A DNA stretch of 64,000 bases from Verrucomicrobiota bacterium (GCA_947454705.1 CANGKZ010000002.1:78882-142881); one strand, 5' to 3'. Shown: positions 35,515 to 45,049, counted from the first letter of the stretch. Made by a program: numbers and translations. The notes: generated by a model from the sequence alone, not told the origin.

Positions 35515-37224
35515 ATGACGCGTCCGCATCTTGCCGAGTCCCCCGGGGAAGACGTCGGCACGTTGATCGATGCGTTGATCCGCGAGCAGCAGCAGCTCAG
35601 CGCCGTGGAGGCCTTCTCCGCCCGGCACGATTCCGCGGGCCCCGCGCTTGAGGGGCAGTACCGACACCTCATCCCGCTTACCGCGCCGCGGCCCGGCGAA
35701 CAGTACGGATTCCAGGTGGATCTCGACCGCTGCTCCGGCTGCAAGGGATGCGTCACCGCCTGCCATTCGCTCAATGGATTGGAACCCGGCGAGAGCTGGC
35801 GCGAGGTGGGCCTGTTGGTGGGCGAAGCCATCCTGCCGCGACCCGCGGGAGCCGGTCCGGGCTCGGTTGCGTTGCCCGTGCAGCGGACGGTGACCACGGC
35901 CTGCCATCACTGCATCGAGCCCGCGTGCCTGCTCGGCTGCCCGGTGCTGGCCTACGACAAGGAGCCGGTCACCGGCATTGTGCGTCACCTAGACGACCAA
36001 TGCATCGGATGCAGCTACTGCATCATGACCTGTCCGTACGAGGTCCCCAAGTTCTCCAAAAAGCGCGGAATCGTTCGCAAATGTGATCTTTGCCACGGAC
36101 GCCTCTCCGAAGGCGAGGCGCCGGCGTGTGTGCAGGCGTGTCCGAATCAAGCCATCCAGGTGACGCTGGTTTCGCGGGAGTGGGTGCGATTGGAATTCCG
36201 TCCGCCCGGCGGAGCGAAAGACAACGCGACTGCCTGCGGAAGCACGTGGCTGCCGGACGCGCCGCAACCGGGCATCACGCTTCCCACCACGCGTTATCTC
36301 ACGCGGAATCCCGATGTCTCGCTGGTGGCGGCCGATCACTTTGAATCCAAGCCTCAGCCCGCGCACGTGCCGCTGATTCTGCTGCTGATCGGCACCCAGA
36401 CGGGAATGGGCGGCATGGCGGTTGCCGCGCTGATGCACTGGATCGGAGCCGCGGATCGAAGTGGACCAGGATTGGTTCAGCTGGGATTTGCCGCGATGAC
36501 GTTGTTTGGGGTCGGCATGCTGGGCAGTGTCGCCCACCTGGGCCGGCCGCAGAAGGCGTGGCGCGTGTGGATGGGATGGCGAACCAGTTGGTTGAGCCGC
36601 GAGGCGATGATTCTCCCCGTGTTTGGTGCCGTGGCTGGCGGTGTACTGACCGACTGGATGGCGCGGCTCTGGATTCCGGAGCATTGGATTTCCACGCCGG
36701 TCGCCGCGCCTGTCGTGGCCGCCGTGTGGATCGTCGCGCTGCTTTGCCTGATTGCCCAGACGCAGGTGTACGCCAGCACCGCCCGATGGAGCTGGCGCGT
36801 GGGATCCACGTTTCCGCGATTTGTTGGATCGAGTGTCATTCTTGGATCCGCGCTCGGCCTCGCTGTTCCGGCTGCTGCGGAACAGAGCGCGCCCCTGTTG
36901 CTGTCGCTCGTGATCGCGAGTGTGTGGAAGCTCGTTCTTGAAGTCCGAGCCGTGACCGGACGGGGCATCGATGCGCGATGGAAGGTGGAATCCGACCGTC
37001 AAATCCGGCTGCTCAGCGGACCGTTGCGAATCTTCTGGGGACTCCGCGTATCGATCAGCCTGCTGTCGGGAATCGCGCTGCCGTTGGGACTGCTGGTCGG
37101 ATCCGGGAAGGTGAGTCCGATGGTTGGTGCGAGTTTGTTTTTGGGGGCGCTCTCTGGAGAAGTGCTGGAACGATGGTTGTTTTTCCGCGCTGCGGCGCAG
37201 AACCGGATGCCGGGAATGCCATGA
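35515..37224 (+). CDS. fusion of a DmsB/PsrB-like four-cluster ferredoxin and an approximately 8-TM DmsC-like membrane anchor
   Basis: ORF 35290..37224 trimmed to ATG 35515 ([11 protein letters not shown]). The Cys motifs are [37 protein letters not shown] and CDLCHG...ACVQACP. The C-terminal half has about eight hydrophobic helices. There is no RR leader. Confidence 0.8.
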   Translation: MTRPHLAESPGEDVGTLIDALIREQQQLSAVEAFSARHDSAGPALEGQYRHLIPLTAPRPGEQYGFQVDLDRCSGCKGCVTACHSLNGLEPGESWREVGLLVGEAILPRPAGAGPGSVALPVQRTVTTACHHCIEPACLLGCPVLAYDKEPVTGIVRHLDDQCIGCSYCIMTCPYEVPKFSKKRGIVRKCDLCHGRLSEGEAPACVQACPNQAIQVTLVSREWVRLEFRPPGGAKDNATACGSTWLPDAPQPGITLPTTRYLTRNPDVSLVAADHFESKPQPAHVPLILLLIGTQTGMGGMAVAALMHWIGAADRSGPGLVQLGFAAMTLFGVGMLGSVAHLGRPQKAWRVWMGWRTSWLSREAMILPVFGAVAGGVLTDWMARLWIPEHWISTPVAAPVVAAVWIVALLCLIAQTQVYASTARWSWRVGSTFPRFVGSSVILGSALGLAVPAAAEQSAPLLLSLVIASVWKLVLEVRAVTGRGIDARWKVESDRQIRLLSGPLRIFWGLRVSISLLSGIALPLGLLVGSGKVSPMVGASLFLGALSGEVLERWLFFRAAAQNRMPGMP

Positions 37225-39473
37225 AGCACGATGCGTCAACCGAAGGACCGATTCCGGTACGCCCGCCCAACACGCTCCTGCGCGAGTGGACGGGGCCGAT
37301 GACGTCGGACCTCGTGCGGTCACCGGGCGCGTTCGGACTCGGCCAGGTCCCGTCGCGGCTCAAGCCGGATTCCGTCACCACCGCGGTGTGTGGGTTTTGC
37401 TCCACCGGATGCGGGCTCAAGCTGCACCTGCGCGAGGGTGAGGCGGTGAACGTCACGCCCGATCCGGCGTATCCGGTGAATTTGGGAATGGCGTGTCCCA
37501 AGGGCTGGGAAGTGCTCGCTCCGCTCGAGGCGACCGATCGCGTCACCACGCCGCTCCTGCGCAATCCGGCGAGCGGGAAGCTCGAACCGGTGTCATGGGA
37601 ACAGGCGATGACGGCGTTCGTCACGCGCATGCGCGGCGTGCAGGAGCGGCACGGAGCCCATTCCATCGCGTACCTGAGCACGGGGCAGATCTGCACCGAG
37701 GAAATGGCCTACCTTGGGGCGTTGTTCAAATTTGGGATGGGCGGATTGCACGGCGATTCCAACACCCGCCAGTGCATGGCCACCGCGCACGTGGCGTACA
37801 AGCAGAGTTTCGGATTTGATGCGCCGCCTTACACCTACGCGGATTTCGAGGAGTCGGACGTGCTGGTGTTCGTGGGCGCGAATCCGTGCATCGCGCATCC
37901 CATCCTGTGGCAGCGGGTGCTGAGGAATCCGCATCGGCCCGAGATCATCGTGCTGGACCCGCGCCGCACCGAGACCGCAGTCAACGCCACGCTGCATCTC
38001 CCGCTCGCGCCGAAGTCGGACCTCACCCTGCTGTACGGAATCGCGGCGGCGCTGATCGCCCGCGGTGCGGTGAACCAGGCGTTTGTCGAAGCCCACACCG
38101 AGGGCTACGAGGCGTTCGCCGCGTTCGTCGCGAACTTTACCCCGGAGCAGGCCTGTGCTGCAGCGGAGTTGGAGCGTACCGAGTTTGATCGATGCGTGGA
38201 TCTCATCGCCCGCGGCAAGCGCGTGAGCTTCTGGTGGACCATGGGAGTGAACCAGGGTCACGAGTCCACGCGCACTGCGCAGGCGTTGATCAACATCGCG
38301 TTGATGACCGGCAATATTGGTCGACCGGGCACGGGGGCGAATTCGATCACCGGTCAGTGCAACGCGATGGGCTCGCGGTTGTACGCCAATGCGACTTCGC
38401 TCCTGGGCGGACGTGACTTTGCCCAGCCTGCGCACCGCGCCCGTGTGGCGGCGGACCTCGGGATCGATCCCGCGCGTGTGCCCGACCAGAGTTCGTGGGC
38501 CTACGATCAAATCATCGATGGCATCGACCGGGGCGACATCAAGGGCCTGTGGGTGATCGCCACCAACTCCTCGCATTCGTGGATCGACGGCGGGAGGTTC
38601 GACCGGATTCTCGACAAGCTGGATTTCCTCGTGGTGCAGGACTTGTACGCCACCACGGACACGGCGCGTCGGGCGGACCTGATTCTCCCCGCCGCTGGAT
38701 GGGGGGAGAAGGAAGGCACGCTGATCAACAGCGAGCGGCGGATCGGCCGGGTGAAGAAGGTGCGTCGCGCGCCGGGCGTGGCGTTGAGTGATTTCGCGAT
38801 CTTCCGATTGGTCACTGCGGCGTGGGGATGCGGTTCGATGTTTGCGGAATGGAATTCCCCCGAGGCCGTGTTTCACGTGTTGAAGCGGCTCAGTGCGGGT
38901 CAGCCGTGCGACATGACCGGCATTCGCGACTACGCGCATTTGGATCAATCGGGCGGAATCCAATGGCCGTGGCCCGCCGCCGCGGGCGATGCCCTGGAAC
39001 AGGAGCCGGCCACGGAGCGGCGTTTGTTTTCCGATGGGCGCTTTCCCACGGCGTCGGGACGTGCGCGGTTCCTGTTCGATCCCCCGCGGGCCGTGGCCGA
39101 GCCCACCGATGCGGAGTATCCGTTTGTGCTGATGACCGGTCGCGGATCCTCGGCGCAGTGGCATACCAACACGCGCACGGGGAAGTCGGATATTTTGCGT
39201 CGGCTCTATCCGGCCGAGGCGTACGTGGAGATTCATCCCGCGGATGCTGCGCGGCTGGGGATCCGACCGCATGCGAAGGTGGTGGTGCGGACGCGTCGGG
39301 GCAGTTTGGAAGTGAATGCGTTTGTGACCCCGACCGTTCGGGAAGGGCAGGTGTTCCTGCCGATGCATTACGACGGCGTGAATCGCCTGACGGCACCGGC
39401 CTTTGATCCGCACTCACGTCAGCCGAGCTACAAGCACTGCGCTGCGGTGCTTGAGGCGAGGTTGAACGGTTGA
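37221..39473 (+). CDS. nasA: assimilatory-type molybdopterin nitrate reductase catalytic subunit (NasA/NarB-like), no Tat leader
   Basis: ATG 37221 overlaps the upstream stop (ATGA). It has the N-terminal [4Fe-4S] motif [13 protein letters not shown]...GMACPKG plus bis-MGD domain strings ([37 protein letters not shown]). The 5' part of track ORF 36978..39473 was discarded. Confidence 0.85.
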   Translation: MKHDASTEGPIPVRPPNTLLREWTGPMTSDLVRSPGAFGLGQVPSRLKPDSVTTAVCGFCSTGCGLKLHLREGEAVNVTPDPAYPVNLGMACPKGWEVLAPLEATDRVTTPLLRNPASGKLEPVSWEQAMTAFVTRMRGVQERHGAHSIAYLSTGQICTEEMAYLGALFKFGMGGLHGDSNTRQCMATAHVAYKQSFGFDAPPYTYADFEESDVLVFVGANPCIAHPILWQRVLRNPHRPEIIVLDPRRTETAVNATLHLPLAPKSDLTLLYGIAAALIARGAVNQAFVEAHTEGYEAFAAFVANFTPEQACAAAELERTEFDRCVDLIARGKRVSFWWTMGVNQGHESTRTAQALINIALMTGNIGRPGTGANSITGQCNAMGSRLYANATSLLGGRDFAQPAHRARVAADLGIDPARVPDQSSWAYDQIIDGIDRGDIKGLWVIATNSSHSWIDGGRFDRILDKLDFLVVQDLYATTDTARRADLILPAAGWGEKEGTLINSERRIGRVKKVRRAPGVALSDFAIFRLVTAAWGCGSMFAEWNSPEAVFHVLKRLSAGQPCDMTGIRDYAHLDQSGGIQWPWPAAAGDALEQEPATERRLFSDGRFPTASGRARFLFDPPRAVAEPTDAEYPFVLMTGRGSSAQWHTNTRTGKSDILRRLYPAEAYVEIHPADAARLGIRPHAKVVVRTRRGSLEVNAFVTPTVREGQVFLPMHYDGVNRLTAPAFDPHSRQPSYKHCAAVLEARLNG

Positions 39474-39476
39474 AGA
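39461..39476. repeat. short GTTGAA(C/G)N array overlapping the nasA stop codon
   Basis: gttgaacggttgaaga encodes the last residues ..RLNG* of NasA. It is paired with the inverted array at 39677-39708. Confidence 0.45.
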
Positions 39477-39490
39477 TGGCGCGGTGCGAA

Positions 39491-39654
39491 TTTGGAGTGC
39501 GGTGGCAGAGCGGAGTGTCGACACCGCTTTCGAGTCCGGGGCGAAGAAGAGACCGACCGGTCCCATCGCATGCGCGTGGGGTTCCTCGGTTGGTTTGTGT
39601 GTGACCACCGTTGAGCAAAGCGGCGTGGCGCTTCGCTTCCCGCCGCACTCCAAA
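39491..39654. mobile_element. family-1 MITE/BIME-like element, copy C (164 bp)
   Basis: The ends are TTTGGAGTGCGGTGGCAGAGCGGAGTGTCGACACCGCTTTCGAG ... GCAAAGCGGCGTGGCGCTTCGCTTCCCGCCGCACTCCAAAA. It is flanked by inverted GTTGAA arrays and lies between convergent genes. Confidence 0.65.
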
Positions 39655-39676
39655 AGGCCGCCGCCGCTTCCTCCCT

Positions 39677-39708
39677 CTTCAACCCTTCAGCTCTTCAACG
39701 TTTCAACC
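39677..39708. repeat. CTTCAACN octamer array (inverted partner of 39461-39476)
   Basis: The sequence is ctcttcaacccttcagctcttcaacgtttcaacc. Confidence 0.55.
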
Positions 39709-39721
39709 TCTCCCCGTTCTC

Positions 39722-42700
39722 TCACTTCCTCCGTCCCGCGGCATCGACTTCCACCGGCGAGACAAACACGTACAACCGTTTCTGGTACGTGCTGGTGGAT
39801 TCGGATCGGAACAGGCGGCCCAGCAGCGGGACATCGCCCAGCACCGGCACCTTGTCCTTCATCCGCACCGTTTCGGTCACCAACGGGCCGCGCAACGCCA
39901 GGGTTCCGCCCAGCGGGAACGTGGAGTCCGCAATCGCCATGCGAATGCGCAGGTGCGGAAGGGGAACGATGCCCTTCAACGGCTTCCCGCCCGGTTGTGC
40001 GGCCGCGACGCTTTGACCCTTCGGATCATCGTATCCGAGGAACTCGGTGATCTTCGCCGTCAGATGCATGCGCAGGGAATCTCCTTCGAGAATGGGAAGA
40101 AACTCCACCGAGGGACCGAGATCGACGGATCGGGTTTGATACTGCACCGCGGCCTTGTTGGTGCTGGATCCGGACACCGCCTTGACGTCATCGACCAGGG
40201 TTTTGGTTTCAGTGACCGTCACCTTGGTTTGCCGGCCGGACGAGGTTAGGACCTTTGGCGCTGTCAGCAATTCGGTGCCCGCCTGCGCTTCGAGCCGCGC
40301 GATCAGGGCCTTGAACTGCTCGGGCGTGAGTTCCGCCCGTTCGCCAATGGTTCGCAGCAGGTCCACACGATACCGGTTGTCCTGTGCGATCGATGGCGTG
40401 GCCTCCAACTCCTGCACCGATCCGGGTTCGATCACCGACGCTTTGTTTGTGGAGTTCCCGAAGATCCAATCCAACCCCAACCCGCTGACGTTTGATTCGC
40501 GCACCTCGGCGAATTTGATTTCCACCTCAATCTGGCGTGGGTCGGCGGTCAGGGATTCGGGAGCGGCGACTTTGGCGTGGGTCGGCGCGGATGACGCGGA
40601 TGGAATGAAGGGCTTTGAGGGCGCAGTGGCGCGTTCGAGCTCTGACTCCAGTGCATTCCGGGCCTGCACGGCCTCAACTACTTTTGGGTGTTTCCAGCGG
40701 TACTTGGTTCTCAACTCCTTCAGGTTGTCTTCGGCCTGTTGGAGTCGGTTTCGAAGGTTATGGATGTAATTGACCTCCTTTACCGGGTCAGCCTCGCGCA
40801 GGGCGATGTAAGTGGAGTGCTCGGACGGACCTCGTTGGGCTTCAACCGCTGTGGAACCCGAGGCTGGTTTCGAAACGGGGCGGGTTTCGAGTTCCGATGC
40901 AATGGGGCTGCTCGTCACCAACGAGAGCGCTCGTCCAATGCGATCAAGCTCAGGCATCGAAGCGCGCACAAAAAGCCCTCCCAACTGTTCTTGAAGAAAC
41001 ACGGCTCTTTGATCCTGCGGAGACGCGGTGTTGGTAGATCCGGGCGTGGGTTTGAATTCCGTAAACACCACTCCCTGTTCGGCGCAAAAGGCGCGTACCT
41101 CGGCCTGGACGTCGGGGTAGATGGTGGTGTCGCCCGCCTTCGTGCGTCGGCTTCGGATCAGCGCGAGAAACCTGGGTGGATCGACATGGAACTGCCGGGT
41201 GCGAAGCGGCCACTTTCCGGAGGCAATCGTGCGGAACACGATCTCGTCCCCATTCAGCACCCATTCCACCGGAGTCGTGCAGTTGTCGGCAACCGATTCC
41301 AGCCTGTGAGGCAGAGGGCCGGAGCCCATGTTAAGGGTCTGCCCGATTTTGAGTCCCTTCGTGGCCACCGTGATCCGCCAGCTCCTCTTTTCCGGGTCAG
41401 CGTCGCGAATCATGGACTGAAGTTTTGTAGCAACGTCTTCCAGCGGTCCTTCCGGGATGGAAAGGAACGGCAGGGTAATTGCGTCCAATTTGTTGGTTCC
41501 GCTGCGTGCGGACTCCTTCCGTTGGATCAGCGGTGAAAGGATTTGACCGATGTGATCCAGCGTCGAACGCGGAGCACGAACCGTGAGCGTGTTGATTTTT
41601 GTGTGATAGGAGATCGCTTCCAACCCTGTGGTTAATTCCTGCTTGGGAGCATGAGTGAGCGAAGAAGAAAGGAGGCTCAAATCTTCACCGAGCGTCGACG
41701 GATTCTTAGGTCCACCTTCGGACAGATTGAGGCCTTTCATCTGAATGTAGTGCAATATCTCACGATAGGTGATGTTGGTTTCCCAGGAAGGACGAAACGT
41801 AGTCAGCCCGACCTCCAATCGGACAGGGTCGAGAACATATTGCCGCGCCTCCACCGGCCCGGAAGGGGGCTCGGTAATCAAGGCGCCGCCCACCGGTGTC
41901 CAGATCACAGACGCCGATTCGCATACGGCATCCAAAGTCTGTCGAAGGGTAACTTGTTTCAGCGAAATCGGATGTCGAAGTCGCTTGGATCCCAATGCCG
42001 GGGAATCCGTCCAACTAAACCCGCCACCGCTGCCTGCGGTGGTAGAAAGCTTTCCGACGTGTATCGGGAATCCGGTCTTCTTCGGGTCATGCTTTCGGAC
42101 GAGGTCGAACAGGGCGGTTGCGGCTTCACCCAGCGTGATCGTTCCAAGTTCGAAACTGGGTAGAACGATGGTATCCAGCTTCTCATTGTCACTTCCGACG
42201 AATTCCCCCTTGGTCACGAGAAATGCGGCGCTGCTGAAGTTTTCGTTCACGCGCTTCGCATCGTATCCGACCAACGATCCATCCCCGAGGCGGTTGGTTT
42301 CGATGGATTCCAGCGAGCCGCGGGTGGCGAAGGGGTTTGGCTCTGGGACCGACTGGGTGGTTCTAACAGCGCGCAGATTGGATTTATTTGAACTCGATTC
42401 GGACTTCGCCTCGGTGGCGCCGCCGTTCGCGGTCGCTGGCTTCGGTTCCAGCGATTCGATGGATTCCAACGCCGCGACCAGTACGGGTTGCGCGCCTTCG
42501 CCAGGCCAGGGGGCGATGCCGATGGCGAGGATGGTTCCGAGCGCGCCGGCGAGGGTCACTCGCGTCAGCAGGCGCGAGGCGGCGTGGGCTGGAGCGCTGA
42601 GCAATCGCGTCACACGACCGGCGAGTTCGGACTTCAATCCGCCGACGCCGAATCCTGCGGGCGAGGCCTCGGCAGTGAGTTGATGCCCGAAGGCCACCAG

Positions 42701-43519
42701 CGCCTCGGCGAGGGCAATGCGTCCGCCTGGGATCAGGCTGCTGGCTTCATCGGCCGCCGCCTCACTGGTGGCACGCAGACGCCGACGCGCCCACCACACC
42801 GCCGGATGCCACCACAGAAGTCCGGTGAGGACATCGCTGATCGCCAGCCAGAGCGGGTCGCGCGCGGCCAGGTGCGCGAGCTCGTGCGCGAGGAGGACCT
42901 TGAGTTCGAGGTCTCCGTGTTGATTCGCAAATCCGCGCGGCAGCAGCACCGTGGGCCGCAGAATTCCAAATGCCACCGGGCCTCCAAACCCGGCGGCTTC
43001 GCGGAGTCGCACGCGGCGCGGGGCGAGGCCGAGTCGATCGGCAATCTCCCGGGCTGCCGCCACGTCCACGCGCTCGCTGTGTCGCACGAGTTTCCCCAAC
43101 TGCCAGCGGCTGCGCACGGAGCGAACCAGAATTGATACCGTCCCAAGCAGCCACAGGGCGAACAGAAGCGTGGGCCAGTGCGAGGGGGCGGGAGGTTCGA
43201 CCGGCGCGGGCATTTCGGCCGCGAACTGGGAGGGATCGACTTCCGCGGAGGGAACTGGCGCGGCGACTTCGGTAATGAACCTGCGGGGTTCAGTGCGGCG
43301 CGACTCGGAGCGCAGCCATTGGGCGGCGGCGCGCCGCGCTTCCGTGCGGAGCCCGGTGAGTTCCACCACGGTGAGCAGCGCTAGGATGCTGAGAATGGCG
43401 CACCAAAGGCGGCGCCGGTCACGCACCGACGGTAGAAGTCGTTCGGCCACGATGCCGACCCCGGCCACCAGCAGCACCTCGCTGGCGAGGGTGATCAAAA
43501 GTGATGCGAGAGGGTTCAT
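39722..43519 (-). CDS. BlaR1-type M56 metallopeptidase sensor fused to a long periplasmic region and a C-terminal secretin domain
   Basis: The N-terminal TM helices carry the HEXXH site LLAHELAHLAARDPLW and WWHPAVWWARRRL (M56). The middle has repeated STN/secretin-N-like units (LDAITLPFLSIPEGPLEDVATKLQSMIR) and a Wzz/PCP-like helix (LRTKYRWKHPKVVEAVQARNALESEL). The C-terminus IEVEIKFAEV...LTAPKVLTSSGRQTKV...VPVLGDVPLLGRLFRS...LYVFVSPVEV is a secretin signature. Confidence 0.8.
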   Translation of the reverse strand: MNPLASLLITLASEVLLVAGVGIVAERLLPSVRDRRRLWCAILSILALLTVVELTGLRTEARRAAAQWLRSESRRTEPRRFITEVAAPVPSAEVDPSQFAAEMPAPVEPPAPSHWPTLLFALWLLGTVSILVRSVRSRWQLGKLVRHSERVDVAAAREIADRLGLAPRRVRLREAAGFGGPVAFGILRPTVLLPRGFANQHGDLELKVLLAHELAHLAARDPLWLAISDVLTGLLWWHPAVWWARRRLRATSEAAADEASSLIPGGRIALAEALVAFGHQLTAEASPAGFGVGGLKSELAGRVTRLLSAPAHAASRLLTRVTLAGALGTILAIGIAPWPGEGAQPVLVAALESIESLEPKPATANGGATEAKSESSSNKSNLRAVRTTQSVPEPNPFATRGSLESIETNRLGDGSLVGYDAKRVNENFSSAAFLVTKGEFVGSDNEKLDTIVLPSFELGTITLGEAATALFDLVRKHDPKKTGFPIHVGKLSTTAGSGGGFSWTDSPALGSKRLRHPISLKQVTLRQTLDAVCESASVIWTPVGGALITEPPSGPVEARQYVLDPVRLEVGLTTFRPSWETNITYREILHYIQMKGLNLSEGGPKNPSTLGEDLSLLSSSLTHAPKQELTTGLEAISYHTKINTLTVRAPRSTLDHIGQILSPLIQRKESARSGTNKLDAITLPFLSIPEGPLEDVATKLQSMIRDADPEKRSWRITVATKGLKIGQTLNMGSGPLPHRLESVADNCTTPVEWVLNGDEIVFRTIASGKWPLRTRQFHVDPPRFLALIRSRRTKAGDTTIYPDVQAEVRAFCAEQGVVFTEFKPTPGSTNTASPQDQRAVFLQEQLGGLFVRASMPELDRIGRALSLVTSSPIASELETRPVSKPASGSTAVEAQRGPSEHSTYIALREADPVKEVNYIHNLRNRLQQAEDNLKELRTKYRWKHPKVVEAVQARNALESELERATAPSKPFIPSASSAPTHAKVAAPESLTADPRQIEVEIKFAEVRESNVSGLGLDWIFGNSTNKASVIEPGSVQELEATPSIAQDNRYRVDLLRTIGERAELTPEQFKALIARLEAQAGTELLTAPKVLTSSGRQTKVTVTETKTLVDDVKAVSGSSTNKAAVQYQTRSVDLGPSVEFLPILEGDSLRMHLTAKITEFLGYDDPKGQSVAAAQPGGKPLKGIVPLPHLRIRMAIADSTFPLGGTLALRGPLVTETVRMKDKVPVLGDVPLLGRLFRSESTSTYQKRLYVFVSPVEVDAAGRRK

Positions 43520-43581
43520 GCGGAGGGATTCCCTTCAGTTCACGGCCTGCGTTCGCGGGATTGAGGTGTCTTTTGCGGGGA

Positions 43582-43968
43582 TTATTGGGCGCGGCGCTTG
43601 GCTTCCTTGATCAGCTTTTCCAGCTGGTCGAGTTCGTCGCGGCTGACCTCGCGGCTGGTGAGGAGGTGGCTGACTGCCTCGGTGAGACTGCCGGCGGAGA
43701 GTCGATCCACGAGGTGTTGTCCCACGCTGCGGCTGACTTCCTCGGCCGCCACGAGCGCGCGGTAGAGAAAGCTGCGTCCCTCCTCGCGATGCGTCACCAG
43801 GCCGCGGGTCTCCATCTTTCGCAGCATGGTGGCCACGGTGGTGTAGGCGAGGTCGCGCTCGGGCTTCAATTCGGCGTGCACCTCGGCCACCGAGGAATCC
43901 GGCCGATCCCAGAGCGATTGAAGGATGCGAAGCTGGAGGTCTCCGAGGCGATGCGAGGGGGATTTCAT
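43582..43968 (-). CDS. BlaI/MecI/CopY-family transcriptional repressor
   Basis: It has LGDLQLRILQSLWDRPDSSVAEVHAEL...AYTTVATMLRKMETRGLVTHREEGRSFLYRA (winged helix); 128 aa. It lies immediately upstream of the M56 gene. Confidence 0.9.
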   Translation of the reverse strand: MKSPSHRLGDLQLRILQSLWDRPDSSVAEVHAELKPERDLAYTTVATMLRKMETRGLVTHREEGRSFLYRALVAAEEVSRSVGQHLVDRLSAGSLTEAVSHLLTSREVSRDELDQLEKLIKEAKRRAQ

Positions 43969-43991
43969 GGCGTTGAGAACGACCGTGGCAA

Positions 43992-44007
43992 TACTACCCG
44001 GGTAGTA
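43992..44007. promoter_or_regulatory. perfect 16-bp palindrome, candidate BlaI operator
   Basis: TACTACCCGGGTAGTA lies 24-39 nt upstream of the blaI-like start codon, in the gap shared with divergent fabI. It contains TAC...GTA half-sites reminiscent of BlaI/CopY boxes. Confidence 0.5.
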
Positions 44008-44073
44008 GCTGCGTCAAGAGAGGGCTTAAATGGGCTTGGGCCTTCTCCTGTTTTCCGGTTTGCTGGTGGGGCT

Positions 44074-44844
44074 ATGTCATCGCTTCAAGGTAAGTTCGGA
44101 GTTGTGTTCGGCGTCGCCAACAAACGTTCCATCGCGTGGGCGATCGCCCAGGCGTGGAAACGGGAGGGGGCCACATTGGCGTTCACCTATCAGGGCGAGC
44201 GTCTGAAGGAGAACGTCGAGGAGCTCGCCGGGACCTTCGGGCCGGACACGCTGATCCTGCCGTGCGATGTGACCCGCGATGAGGACATCGATGCGGTGTT
44301 CGCCAAGGTGGGCGAGAAGTTTGGTCGCTTGGATTTGCTGCTCCACTCCGTCGCCTACGCGCCGCGCGAGGCCTTGGAAGGAGATTTTCTCAACACCAGC
44401 CGTGACGCCTTCAAGGTGGCGCACGATGTGAGTGCGTATTCGCTGATCGGCGTGTCGCGCGCCGCGGCTCCGCTGATGACCAACGGCGGCAGCATCATTG
44501 CGATGAGCTACTACGGCGCGGAGAAGGTGATCCCGCACTACAACGTGATGGGTGTGGCGAAGGCCTCGCTCGAAGCCTCCACGCGGTATCTGGCGTACTC
44601 GCTGGGCACCCGGAAGATCCGTGTGAACTGCATCAGCGCGGGCCCGATGAATACCCTGGCCGCGCGCGGCATTGCCGGGTTTGGCGACATGCTGAAGCAC
44701 TACGAAGCCCACGCCCCGCTCAAGCGCAACGTGCTGCCTGATGAACTCGGTGCGACCGGTGCGTTCCTGGCCTCGGATGGCGCGGCTGCGATCACGGGTC
44801 AGGTCCTGTACGTGGACGCGGGATATCAGATCATGGGGATGTGA
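44074..44844 (+). CDS. fabI: enoyl-[acyl-carrier-protein] reductase (NADH), FabI
   Basis: ORF 43501..44844 trimmed to ATG 44074 (MSSLQGKFGVVFGVANKRSIAWAIA). It has YYGAEKVIPHYNVMGVAKASLE (the Tyr/Lys catalytic pair) and ISAGPMNTLAA; 256 aa. Confidence 0.9.
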   Translation: MSSLQGKFGVVFGVANKRSIAWAIAQAWKREGATLAFTYQGERLKENVEELAGTFGPDTLILPCDVTRDEDIDAVFAKVGEKFGRLDLLLHSVAYAPREALEGDFLNTSRDAFKVAHDVSAYSLIGVSRAAAPLMTNGGSIIAMSYYGAEKVIPHYNVMGVAKASLEASTRYLAYSLGTRKIRVNCISAGPMNTLAARGIAGFGDMLKHYEAHAPLKRNVLPDELGATGAFLASDGAAAITGQVLYVDAGYQIMGM

Positions 44845-44871
44845 CGGGGCCGGGGCCCTGGCCCCGGCCGA

Positions 44872-44912
44872 GGTTGAAGGGTTGAAAGGTTGAAGCGTTG
44901 AAGCGTTGAAGA
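44872..44912. repeat. GTTGAAGN octamer array (x5)
   Basis: The sequence is ggttgaagggttgaaaggttgaagcgttgaagcgttgaagag. It is preceded by a GC hairpin ccgggg-ccctgg-ccccgg right after the fabI stop. Confidence 0.6.
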
Positions 44913-44932
44913 GGAAAACCGCCGCGGCGCGA

Positions 44933-45004
44933 TTTTGGAGTGCGGTGGCAGAGCGCAGCGTCGACACCGCTTTCGAAACCGGTCGGGGTGCAAAACCGAC
45001 CGGT
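44933..45004. repeat. family-1 element, solo left half (copy D)
   Basis: TTTTGGAGTGCGGTGGCAGAGCGCAGCGTCGACACCGCTTTCGAAACCGGTCGGGGTGCAAAACCGACCGG is present with no matching right end nearby. Confidence 0.55.
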
Positions 45005-45049
45005 TACCCACGCGACTCCCATCGTTCGCCCATTTAAGCCTTCAACCTG

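Noticed and set aside
35290-37224. Upstream extensions of track ORFs (35290 for the FeS/anchor gene, 36978 for nasA, 5355 for the epimerase, 2999 for polX, 43501 for fabI, 23980 for the NasS-like gene, 13437..17294 for the kinase)
   Set aside because: The extensions overlap the preceding gene in another frame or translate to Arg/Pro/Ser-rich junk. Internal ATG/GTG codons give N-termini typical of the families and often create ATGA/GTGA stop-start overlaps.
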